Of a stretch of DNA of 64,000 nt, positions 55,268 through 64,000 are shown piece by piece. Below the pieces are notes generated by a model, which was not told the DNA's origin, did no database searches, and was given only the letters and a program-made list of their open reading frames with translations. A program made the translations under genes and the position numbers. The DNA comes from Amoebidium appalachense (taxonomy: Eukaryota > Protista > Ichthyosporea), in contig CAVNZM010000005.1 in the NCBI GenBank assembly GCA_963693365.1, forward strand, positions 2,869,702 to 2,933,701, in the 5' to 3' direction. The stretch's first letter is position 1; every line of letters begins with the position of its first letter.

Positions 55268-55584
55268 GATCACACAGTCCCGCACCTGTGTGCTGTGAAA
55301 ATTTCGCGGGCCACGGGCCGGGCCGGATCCTGCCGGGTCCGGGTCGGAGCGGGCCGTAAATGGGTCGGGTGGTCCGCAAAGGGCAGATTCGGGTCAGGAC
55401 CAGTGGTCCGCACATGGAGGATTAGCCTGATTTGGCAGGTGACCAAATAGGGCTAGTTTTGACGGCTGCGGGTTGGTGGGGCGTCGCCTGTTTGCGCAAA
55501 CATTCCATTAAACCAATTTAAAACATAATTGCGGTCGCTCATTGGTGGGGAGTCTCTGTTTTTTTCAAGACATGGGAGGCTGCC

Positions 55585-56904
55585 CTAACGGCGTGCGTGC
55601 CTTTCACTGCGACGCAGACCCACTTGCTCCGGTTGATGTTCAAACGCGAGTTTTTTCCGTTCCCGTGCCTTGCGTGTTTCTTTTTCCTTTTGGATTTGTC
55701 CACGTGTGCCCTTTCGGGGCACCAGCTCACGGCCTTCAAACGCCAGCTCTTCCACGGCTTTTTCCTTGGCTGTCTCCTTACGGGCTTTACGCATCTCGCT
55801 GCTGTGCGGTACGGGCACACTGGTAGGTGGTACCTTCTTTAGCATGGTGTCTGGCCAAGCGTAGCGTAGGCCTGGCGTGTGTCTCCTCATCTCCCCTGTG
55901 GCTGCGTTGCGTAGGGCCCACCCACTTGCATCCTTGTAGGCAAGCGTGTAGACGTCCTTAGACCAGTTTCTGCCTTCTTCTTCAAACGGTCCCTTTGGTT
56001 TCTTGAGTGCACGTACGTGCACACCCTCTGTGTGGCCCATCCTTTCACGTAGCGTACGCTTCTGTTTCCTGTTCTCCAGCCACGTGTTGATGCTGTTCCA
56101 CCGTTCTGCCCGCTGGGTCATGCTGTCGGGGTCTCTGCCTATGGAACCATGGTACGTATCGTTGTAATCCTCCAGCACGTCTTCCAACCCTTCCCCTATC
56201 CACTTGCCCGTGTTGTTGGTCTCCATGTACTTGGTCAGTCCTTGCTTTAGAGTACGGTGGAACCGTTCCACCATGGCTACATTGCGTGGTTTTCTGCCTG
56301 GTTTTTGCGGGAGAATGGTGATGTCATTGTCGCCGTAGTACTTTTTCATGGTGTTGCTAAGAAACTCCGTGCCCTTGTCCGTAAAGATTTGCTTCACCTC
56401 TGTAGGTTGTAGGTTTTCCTCCCCCTCGTTGCTTTCGTCCTTCATCTCCTTGATTGTGTGTAGGGCCTTATCCACTGCCCTCCTCATCTCTGGCCCGTTG
56501 CTGATGGTGAGGTGCTCACTCTTCCCGGTCCCCGAGCTCTTTGTTTTTATGGGTACGACTGTTGCTTGCCGCGTGTTCATGTCAATCACACTCAATCCCC
56601 CCTTGTACCCCCTGTTTGCCTTTGAGTAACGTGGCATGAAAAACAGGTCGGCTGCCACACTGTTTGGCCGTGCTGTTGTGGTGAGGTAGTCCTTCCTCTT
56701 AATCCTATGGGGGGCCATCACCTCCGTGAGGGACTCCTGCAGCCCCGAGTGTCTCCTGGACAGGTAGGCACGCACGGCCGGTTGCCCCACCCTCTTGTCT
56801 TTTGCTTTTGCACGATGCCATAGGGCTTGTACGGAGGGGGGGAGCTTGAAGGTGTCGTAGGTTTCATCAATCACCTGCTCAATGTCCTTCCCGTGGGCCA
56901 CCAT
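55585..56904 (-). CDS. Retroviral-like (rve) DDE integrase of Polinton type, 439 aa, intact
   Basis: ADLFFM...VID, TDKGTEF, VERFHRTLK, then YNDTYHGSIG..P and WSKDVY. Confidence 0.93.
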   Translation of the reverse strand: MVAHGKDIEQVIDETYDTFKLPPSVQALWHRAKAKDKRVGQPAVRAYLSRRHSGLQESLTEVMAPHRIKRKDYLTTTARPNSVAADLFFMPRYSKANRGYKGGLSVIDMNTRQATVVPIKTKSSGTGKSEHLTISNGPEMRRAVDKALHTIKEMKDESNEGEENLQPTEVKQIFTDKGTEFLSNTMKKYYGDNDITILPQKPGRKPRNVAMVERFHRTLKQGLTKYMETNNTGKWIGEGLEDVLEDYNDTYHGSIGRDPDSMTQRAERWNSINTWLENRKQKRTLRERMGHTEGVHVRALKKPKGPFEEEGRNWSKDVYTLAYKDASGWALRNAATGEMRRHTPGLRYAWPDTMLKKVPPTSVPVPHSSEMRKARKETAKEKAVEELAFEGRELVPRKGTRGQIQKEKETRKARERKKLAFEHQPEQVGLRRSERHARR

Positions 56905-56925
56905 GGTTGTTTCTTGTGCCTCCTA

Positions 56926-57523
56926 CTAGTCGGTCGACACTTTCTCCTTTGGGATCCTTCTTGGTCTGCGTGTAGCTGTGGTCTTTTTGGCTGTCTTTTT
57001 GGCCTTGGGGGCAGGGGGTGGTTGTAGCTTGATGGGGTGGTCGGGCATGAGTGGCCGGGGGTGCAATGGTGTGATGTCCTGCTCCGTGTCTGTGCTTGCG
57101 GGTCACCGTACATCCTCATTGTCGTCGAGTAGTGTGAGCACGGAGGGTTGTTGCTCTTGGAGTGGTGGGGGGGAGGCGGGAGGGGTGGGGAAGGCAAAGA
57201 GGGGCTCATAGGGGGGTGTTGGGGAGAGGGCGTCGTGGGGAAAAGGGGTGTCTGGTCGGGGGAAAGTGGGGGGGAAGAGAGGGGAAGGGGGAGGGGGTGG
57301 GGTACTCTTGCAGTAGCACGTCCCTTATGGTGCTTGCATGCCCTTTCAACCACTCTGTGAAGGATTTCCACTCTAGCCCCTGCTCTGTGCACACTAGCAT
57401 GTCCCCTTCCTTGGGTCGGTATCTAGGAAAGACAAGGGTATAGGATTCGGTCGATGAGTGGGCTTGCACACCCACGTACTCTCCCGATCGCGTGAGCAGA
57501 TTGAGTCTGTGTACGTTAGACAT
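56926..57523 (-). pseudogene. Fibre-module paralogue 3 with Pro-rich/basic tail, apparently disrupted
   Basis: N-terminus YVGVQAHSSTESYTLVFP...GDMLVCTEQGLEW. The frame stops at 57206 after C-runs. A shifted frame continues (one TGA at 57105-57103) to a double TAG at 56928. The continuation is uncertain. Confidence 0.55.
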
Positions 57524-57569
57524 GGTGGATGTTTGCCTTTATTGTAGTTGCACATTTTTTCGCACCGTG

Positions 57570-58328
57570 ATGGTACCAGACAACTGGAGAATGATTGTCA
57601 ACCTGGCTCGAATCTACTTTACGACATGCTGTGCTATCATGTGTGTTGCATTGGTTGCTGCATCCTACGGCACAGTCACAATGATACCAGAGTTCGCGAA
57701 ACGTACATGCATGTTCTGGCTCATCATCCTGCCCCTCACAGGTGTGGTCATGTGCCAAGCACAATGGGTGGCGTATGCCTGGCTCGACGTGGACACCCAC
57801 CCTGACGTGGCCGGCCACTGTGTGATGTGGGCGCCCTACTGGCTGGGCTCGTGGCTGTATGTGGCCTCCCCCCTCGCCTACATGCTGGCAGCAGCGTGCT
57901 GGGCCCGATCCATGCGTGTGACGACCACGTTGTTCTTCCCACGGGCCGTGGCGTACATGGTGTGTGCCTCCCTCCTCCCCCTAAGTGCCCTCTACGGCAT
58001 GACGTGCGTGTTTGAACCGTCGGTGTTTGGCTACGTGTTTCTTGTGTCGAGGGGCGTGCTGGCGTGTGCCACCCTCGTCTGTGCACGGTACATGCTCTCC
58101 CTGTCCGTGCCCGTGCTCACCAGGAACATTGTGCTGTGCGTGTGCGTGCATGCAGGCCTTGCACTGGCGGGCATTGTGTTTGACGAGCTCCACTGGAACC
58201 TGTTGGAGTTTGGGTTTTTGGAGAACGGGTTTCTGACCACCTTGGGGTACACACTGCTCGCCTGCTGCCTGCTTGCCCTCTGGTACCTCATACTCTACTG
58301 CATGGACGTGCTGGGCCCCTACACGTAG
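57570..58328 (+). CDS. Seven-transmembrane membrane protein (GPCR-like topology), about 252 aa
   Basis: Seven hydrophobic segments of about 20 aa, Cys at the start of segment 3, no Lys in segment 7. Alternative ATG at 57522. Confidence 0.7.
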   Translation: MVPDNWRMIVNLARIYFTTCCAIMCVALVAASYGTVTMIPEFAKRTCMFWLIILPLTGVVMCQAQWVAYAWLDVDTHPDVAGHCVMWAPYWLGSWLYVASPLAYMLAAACWARSMRVTTTLFFPRAVAYMVCASLLPLSALYGMTCVFEPSVFGYVFLVSRGVLACATLVCARYMLSLSVPVLTRNIVLCVCVHAGLALAGIVFDELHWNLLEFGFLENGFLTTLGYTLLACCLLALWYLILYCMDVLGPYT

Positions 58329-58330
58329 TT

Positions 58331-60339
58331 TTAGGGCATGGTCCATTTTGGCCCGTTGTCCCAGTCACCCACATCCACGACGTTGTGGTCGGGCCCGTAC
58401 TTACCCTGGTTGTTCTTCCAGGCCTCGAGCTCGGCGGCGTAGTTGTCGTAGTCGGTGGCGGCCCGGCGTGCCTTCCTCTTGCCCATCTTGCCAATGCCCG
58501 TGCCTAGCTTCCCTCCGTACCTCTGTGCGAGTTTGCATGCCCCCTTGCCCACGGCAGACACGGCATCACCGACCACAGGTATGACCCCCATCAGGTCCAT
58601 CACACTCTCCACAATGTCCAACGGGCTTGGTTTGAACGTTTCCTCTTCGACGAAGTCTCTTAGCACGGGCACAAAGTTGATCTCCCTCGGCCTCACCATG
58701 AACCACAGGTCGTTTTCCTGCATGCTCTGTGGCACCTTTCCGTTGGGCATGTGTGCACGTATGGTGTTGAGGTACTGTTTGAGGGCCGAGCCCACCGGTT
58801 CCCATAGCTGGTCCACCTCGTCCCAGGGGTCGGGGGAAACGGCTTCGTTGTAGTTTAGACGTAGCACCCGGCTTGTCACCCGGTACGTGAGCTCCATTTC
58901 CGGGTGGGGTAGTGACCCCTTTGGGCCCGAATACACGCTCTTGTTGGTCCCCCCCAAATCACCGACGGCGCTGACGGTGGTTTCGTATTGAAACATGACG
59001 CTGGGAAACTTGTAGCGGACCTTGTGGTCAAGTTTCACGTAGCCCATGCGTGTGGTCACCGTGTAGTCGTTGGGGCCCCTGTTGGAGAAGTGCAGGAGGC
59101 CCGGCCTGAAGTACCGTGTCTTGGTTGTGCCCGTTATGCTCTCCTGCTCCTGTTCCCACACCTTGCTCTTTATCCAGTTTGTGAGAACCTTGTCGTCGTA
59201 GGGGAACTTTCCGCCCCCGGGCAGGTCGGGGTTGTCCTCGTTGATGTAGTCCATGTGCCAGTCGTTGTTGGTGTCGTGCAGGTCCGTGTGGTCAACCTCT
59301 GTGTTGATGATGGGCACGTCGTGCAGGTACTCGGCCTTCTCGACGACGACCTGGTTGAGCTCGTACAGCTGGCTGCTGTCTAGGTTGGCGGTGAGCTTGC
59401 CGGCAATGTGCTGCTGCAGCGGCTCCCCCCGGGGCACGGTGCCCATGACAATGTCGTACGTCATGAACGGTAAGACCCTGCTGATGCCCTTCTTGTTGTA
59501 GGCGTAGTTGTTGTTGAGGGGGTACGTGTTTGATGATATGACGGCCTCCATGGTTGGGGTGTAGGGCCAAAGGGTGGCGTGTCTTGCCTCGTCCGTTTCG
59601 TTTTCGTAGAAGTTGGTGTACGTGTGGCCGTCGTCCTTGTCCTGCCCGTTTATGCCGACATGGTCGAACTTGAAGCATGCGGTTCGTGCAGACATGGGGT
59701 AGTGGTGGGTCTGGAACGTGATGGTCTGTCTCTCCTCGTCCCAGCTCCCAAAGAAGAGGGGGTGCCCATGCTGTGTGGGGTGTCTGGGTTGCTTATCATG
59801 GGAAACTTGGGGAAGTCGGGTCGTTCGGGCAGGGCCGTCTTGATCTGTCTGTTTATGGTACGCACCGACGTCCACCCGTCGGAAAACAGAAAGTTTGGCC
59901 GGACCCACATGGAGTAGGGAAATATCGGGTCGGGGGTTAGGCCCTCCAGCCTCAGCAGGCGACGTACAATGTTGTCCTCAAAGTCTTCCTTGTCGTCCCC
60001 CCACAGCACCTTTACTATAGTGTCCAAGGTTTCCTTCATGGTGTCGTAGACGGTGTGCTCGTCCCAGTTCTTGACCATACCCTTTTCCAACAGCACCACC
60101 CTCCTCTCCAGGTCGTCCAGCCGGTCGGTCACCTCCGCCACGGGCATGAAGGTACCGGCCCCCACCTCGTCCACCTTCAGGAAGGCAGGCCCCCCTCGGG
60201 GGAGGCTTTTGGGCAGCTCGAGGACGTAACTGTCGTGCCCGTGCCCGCTCGAATCGGGTCGGATGCCGACGTAGTAGTCTGCGCTCTTCGGGCCCACCAG
60301 GGAGAGTCCCTGGGCAACGTGCCACGCTAAAGCGCTCAT
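58331..60339 (-). CDS. Fibre/spike-like paralogue 2, about 670 aa if one frameshift at the C5 run near 59758-59762 is corrected
   Basis: ORF 60339 (shared N-module, short coiled coil) and ORF 59908-58331 join as SMGTP/LFFGSW with one extra C. Confidence 0.7.
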
Positions 60340-60357
60340 GGTGGGTTTACTAGTGTG

Positions 60358-62091
60358 TTAGAAATAATTTTGCGTCCCCCATTCAAGGTCTGCATAGAAG
60401 GTGGGAGGGTGGGTAACTATGTTGGTGCGGGGAATGCTGGCCTTGTCCTTGTAGTCGGTAAACCGTGGGTACTTTGCCAACACCAGCACGTCAAAGTTGT
60501 TGTAGCCGGCAACGCTTGCATAGCTCTCTGTGTCGGTCTGGAAGAGCTTTGTCAGCCTTACCTTGAGCTTGAACCGAAAGTCATCCCCTGTGGGAACAAC
60601 GGCCCCCTCCAACATGCCGGAGCCTAGCGCAAACGGGTAGATGTTGTTTAAATCCCACGGGGACACGCACGACATGGGTAGGGAGCCCACGTGGGTGACA
60701 TACTTGCGCACACCGTTGGTCCCTAGTGTCCAGAAGTAGACAATCACCATGAGTTCGGCCCCCGGCGATGATATACACTGGGGTTTAATGACTGGCTCGT
60801 ACGTTGACCTGTATATGCTGATCGTGTCCTCCCATGCAGCCTTTCCGGCAACGTTCTACCCCTGGGCGGCAGCATGGTGTACTTTCACCGTCAGGTAGGC
60901 CGGGCCCGTGCGCCGGCTCCCGTACGTGTTGCTGAGCAGCATGCCCTCGCCGGCCGGCGGCATACGGGGTTTGATGGCACCCATGTCTGTGGTCAGGGTA
61001 GCCACGGTCGTGTCGTGGAGATTCACGAGCGTGTTGAGCCGGTTGACGTCGAGGCCAAGTGTCGTGCTACTACTCTTCAGACTGGCAATGTCCGTGTTCT
61101 GTGTCGTGTTGACCGTCACTGCACCGTTGGCCGTGTTGAGGGCATTGGTGGCTTTCGCCTCCACGGCCGTCAGCCGGGCGTCGAGGGACCCTGTGGTAGT
61201 TTTGAGGCCGGCAATGTCGTTTGTCTGCGTGGTGTTGACCGTCACTGCACCGTTGGCCGTGTTGAGGGCGGTGGTGGCCTTGCCCTCCACTGCCGTCAGC
61301 CTCGTGTCCAGGCTCCCCGTGGTGGTCTTGAGGCCGGCAATGTCCGTGTTCTGTGTGGTGTTGACCGTCACTGCGCCGTTGGCCGTGTTGAGGGCGGTGG
61401 TGGCCTTGCCCTCCACTGCCGTCAGCCTCGTGTCCAGGCTCCCCGTGGTGGTCTTGAGGCCGGCAATGTCCGTGTTCTGTGTGGTGTTGACCGTCACTGC
61501 GCCGTTGGCCGTGTTGAGGGCGGTGGTGGCCTTGCCCTCCACTGCCGTCAGCCTCGTGTCCAGGCCCCCCGTGGTGGTCTTGAGGCCGGCAATGTCCGTG
61601 TTCTGTGTGGTGTTGACCGTCACTGCGCCGTTGGCCACATCGAGGACCGACGCTACCTTCCCTTCTACTGCCGTCAGCCTTGTGCCCAGACCTCCTGCCG
61701 TGGTTTTGAGCCCGACAATGTCCGTGTTCTGCATGGTGTTCACACCCTCCACGGCCGTCATTCGGGTACCCAGACCTTCCGTTGTGGTTTTGAGACCGGC
61801 AATGTCCGTGTCCTGTGTGGTGTTTACTTCTTCTACGGTAGCCACCCTGGCCCCCAGTGCCTGCACGGTTGCATCAGACGGCACGTCGGCAGCGTCCACA
61901 AACGACATGTTGCCGTTGGGGTCACATGCCATGTAGGCAAATGTAGCCGGCCCGGTCAAGGGCAATGTCAGATCGTATGCATCGTGTTTGTGGCCTGTTG
62001 TGTTGGCCACCACCCCCACGTAGTAGCCGTCTTTTCGTCGGTTCGTGAGTGCAAGCCCGTCAGCCACGGTCCAGTTGAGTGATTTGGGCAT
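60358..62091 (-). CDS. Fibre-like paralogue 1: N-module, coiled-coil shaft and beta-rich head, split by an in-frame TAG at 60858-60856
   Basis: The frame continues after TAG (NVAGKAAWEDTISIY...) into ORF 60750-60358 with no shift. Confidence 0.8.
61070..61830 (-). repeat. Coding tandem repeats of 126 bp (42 aa, six heptads) plus 84-bp units
   Basis: AGGCCGGCAATGTC at 61205, 61331, 61457, 61583. Unit NTTQNTDIAGLKTTTGSLDTRLTAVEGKATTALNTANGAVTV. Confidence 0.95.
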
Positions 62092-62171
62092 GGTTGCACA
62101 AGTGTGCACGTTACTACATGACGTTGAATTTTTGTACGGTGTTTATAACGGTATTTGTGCCCACTACCACC

Positions 62172-63230
62172 ATGGACCAAGCCCCAACACACCTCGTAGT
62201 CATGCAACACGTCGGTGACTTTGTGCAAGGCCAGAAGGACCCAGCCCCTGTGGAAATGAAGGCCATGCTGTCTCCCCCGATAGGGTTCCAGCAGAACACG
62301 TCGTTGGGGGTCAAGTGGGTGAGCACCATGACCACCCCCACCACCTTCTACTACCCGTACCCCCGTGATGAGTGCTATGTCAACATGGCCCGCCAGCTCC
62401 CGACCCCGGGAGGGGGGTGGGGCTCACCCACCGACATCCAGCGCCTGTACTTTGAAGCCACACCCGACGAGTTGCAAATCGAACCTGGCAAGAAGGTGTG
62501 GCGTACCATTCCCCTGTGGGAGTTAGGGGTGAGCCCGACGGGTGCCTTTGTGGGTCGTGGGAGCAGCAACGAGTTATCCAGAGACCTGGCGAGTACTGAA
62601 AACGTCTTTGGGTCGTATATGGGGTATTGGTTGCAGTTCCTGCTGGATAGGTACCTTACGAGCGTACTTGGCAACGACAAACCTGCCGACGGGGAAGTGG
62701 AGTTGAGCTACGACGAGAAGACCGGTCGGATTAAGTTCGTAAACCGTGCACCCGATACCAGGTACCTCATGTGGTTCGACTCGCCGGTGGTGGCTGCTGC
62801 AGCCGGTATGAACGTGGGGGATAGCCTGGTTAGCTCAAAGCCCGGCAGGGACGAGACCACGGCCCCTAATGTTGGGTGTTTCCCCACCCACTTCCTCCTC
62901 GAGCTTCACGGTGTGAACTCAGAGTCGTCCGTGAGTATAGCCAACGCCGACGTCAAGTTTCAGTCCTCCTACCCCAGCAAGGACGTGCTGGCCGTCATTC
63001 CTGCCTTTCCCAACATCACCGTCCCGTTCTTTGACAACGGGGCAGTCATCGAGCTACCACTCGACGTCAGCACGCACATCAACTCTCTCACAGTGAGGCT
63101 GGTGAGCTGTTACGGCAACGTTGTACGGATGAGAGGTGACGTGACCTTTTTATTGTGCCTGAGGCGTATTCCCAGACCCACAGGGTCCACGGTCGTCCGA
63201 CCCATGAGCAAGCCACAACGGTTCGGCTAG
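62172..63230 (+). CDS. Penton / minor capsid protein (single jelly-roll) of Polinton-like viruses
   Basis: LSPPIGF...TPTTFY, LSYDEKTGRIKF, VLAVIP, INSLTVRLVSCYGNVVRMRGDVTFLLCLRR match the pattern I recognise for Polinton/PLV minor capsid proteins. Confidence 0.72.
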   Translation: MDQAPTHLVVMQHVGDFVQGQKDPAPVEMKAMLSPPIGFQQNTSLGVKWVSTMTTPTTFYYPYPRDECYVNMARQLPTPGGGWGSPTDIQRLYFEATPDELQIEPGKKVWRTIPLWELGVSPTGAFVGRGSSNELSRDLASTENVFGSYMGYWLQFLLDRYLTSVLGNDKPADGEVELSYDEKTGRIKFVNRAPDTRYLMWFDSPVVAAAAGMNVGDSLVSSKPGRDETTAPNVGCFPTHFLLELHGVNSESSVSIANADVKFQSSYPSKDVLAVIPAFPNITVPFFDNGAVIELPLDVSTHINSLTVRLVSCYGNVVRMRGDVTFLLCLRRIPRPTGSTVVRPMSKPQRFG

Positions 63231-63276
63231 GTGTTGCATATTTTCACCACCACTCAATGAAGACATTACTACCACC

Positions 63277-63516
63277 ATGAATTTTCAACAAGGCACGGGC
63301 TATACCAACGACTCCGAGTACTGGCGACCGCCACGGCCGGACCGAACGGCAGCACCACGCAACCACACCCTTATTGTCCACCCCAACGAGCACTGGGATA
63401 GGTTTCAGACGGTGTTGAACATTGGTCGTGCTGCCCAAAACGTGGCCTACGTCGGCAGCAACATCAACTACATGCAGAGGTCCTTCAGGCGGGGTGGGGG
63501 TCGGTCGTACCCCTAG
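63277..63516 (+). CDS. 79-aa viral protein, unknown
   Basis: ACTACCACCATG start identical to the penton start context; basic Gly C-terminus. Confidence 0.55.
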   Translation: MNFQQGTGYTNDSEYWRPPRPDRTAAPRNHTLIVHPNEHWDRFQTVLNIGRAAQNVAYVGSNINYMQRSFRRGGGRSYP

Positions 63517-63806
63517 ATGTTGGTCTCCCCCTCCTGTTTCTGTATGTGGGCAAGCATGCGGGCATCCAGCTGGGCCTCGTACTCCAGCACCTTCCTCAGC
63601 TCCTCCTGCCGGTCCACCGGCACCTTCTTCTTCAACTGCCGGAACTTTTTCTCGATTTTGTTTTCGGGCTTCTTCCCTTCCGTGTTGCCGGCCGGGTCAA
63701 ACTGTTTGTCGGTGCCGTGGCGTATGTAGAACTGCAAGTAGTCGTCAAAGGTGAAGGGTGACGAGTATGCCGACGGCAAATTCTTCATGTTCTTCGGGGT
63801 GGCCAT
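63513..63806 (-). CDS. 97-aa charged helical viral protein, unknown
   Basis: ORF MATPKNMKN... with coding-like codon usage. Its stop overlaps the stop of the convergent ORF. Confidence 0.6.
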   Translation of the reverse strand: MATPKNMKNLPSAYSSPFTFDDYLQFYIRHGTDKQFDPAGNTEGKKPENKIEKKFRQLKKKVPVDRQEELRKVLEYEAQLDARMLAHIQKQEGETNI

Positions 63807-63847
63807 GCCTGCATGTAGCCTAGCTACTAGTGGTATGTGTGAATTTT

Positions 63848-64000
63848 TCACCACGAGATGAGGTTGGCAATGTGGTCACTGTAACTACGCTGCGGGGGAG
63901 GGGGCTGCTGTGATGCTGCCTGTGTGTGGTACGTGCCGTAGCCCGTGTGGGGCATGCTGTGACGTATCGGTGGAGGCCCGAAGCTGCCCGGTGCACCCAT
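63848..64000 (-). CDS. 3' end of a viral ORF entering from beyond the window
   Basis: Open frame ...QQPPPPQRSYSDHIANLISW*. Confidence 0.4.
   Translation of the reverse strand: MGAPGSFGPPPIRHSMPHTGYGTYHTQAASQQPPPPQRSYSDHIANLISW

Noticed and set aside
57570-58328. Viral rhodopsin
   Set aside because: No Schiff-base lysine in helix 7 and no RYxDW-like helix 3 motif.
60874-62082. Long plus-strand ORFs (402 and 342 aa) over the fibre gene, and the antisense ORF 23947-24810
   Set aside because: Antisense shadows of biased or repetitive coding sequence.

Overview
Eukaryotic nuclear DNA, intron-rich and saturated with (CA)n/(GT)n and poly-G/C tracts. The host could be a unicellular opisthokont such as an ichthyosporean, but this is inference only. 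The window has three zones. (1) 1-36 kb, host genes: a mitochondrial 2-oxoglutarate/malate-type carrier (2 exons, minus), a complete 22-exon MLH1 (minus, ends FERC), a divergently transcribed 3-exon gene with a TPX2-like N-terminal motif, and a 7-exon POT/PTR peptide transporter with one in-frame TGA. (2) 37-47 kb, a nest of decayed elements: two MITEs, a secreted Cys-rich pseudogene, three LINE relics and an internally deleted piggyBac-like element with a Tudor-like N-terminus. (3) About 49.5 kb to the window end, an intronless, gene-dense endogenous Polinton/adintovirus-like virus. It encodes an rve integrase, a penton-like protein, a phage Dam-family adenine methyltransferase, a 7-transmembrane protein and two KEN-box ORFs. 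It also has three paralogous fibre-like genes that share an N-terminal module, and each is interrupted downstream of that module (in-frame TAG or C-run frameshift). pPolB, major capsid, ATPase and protease are not in the window. All calls come from manual reading and motif recognition; no searches were run.
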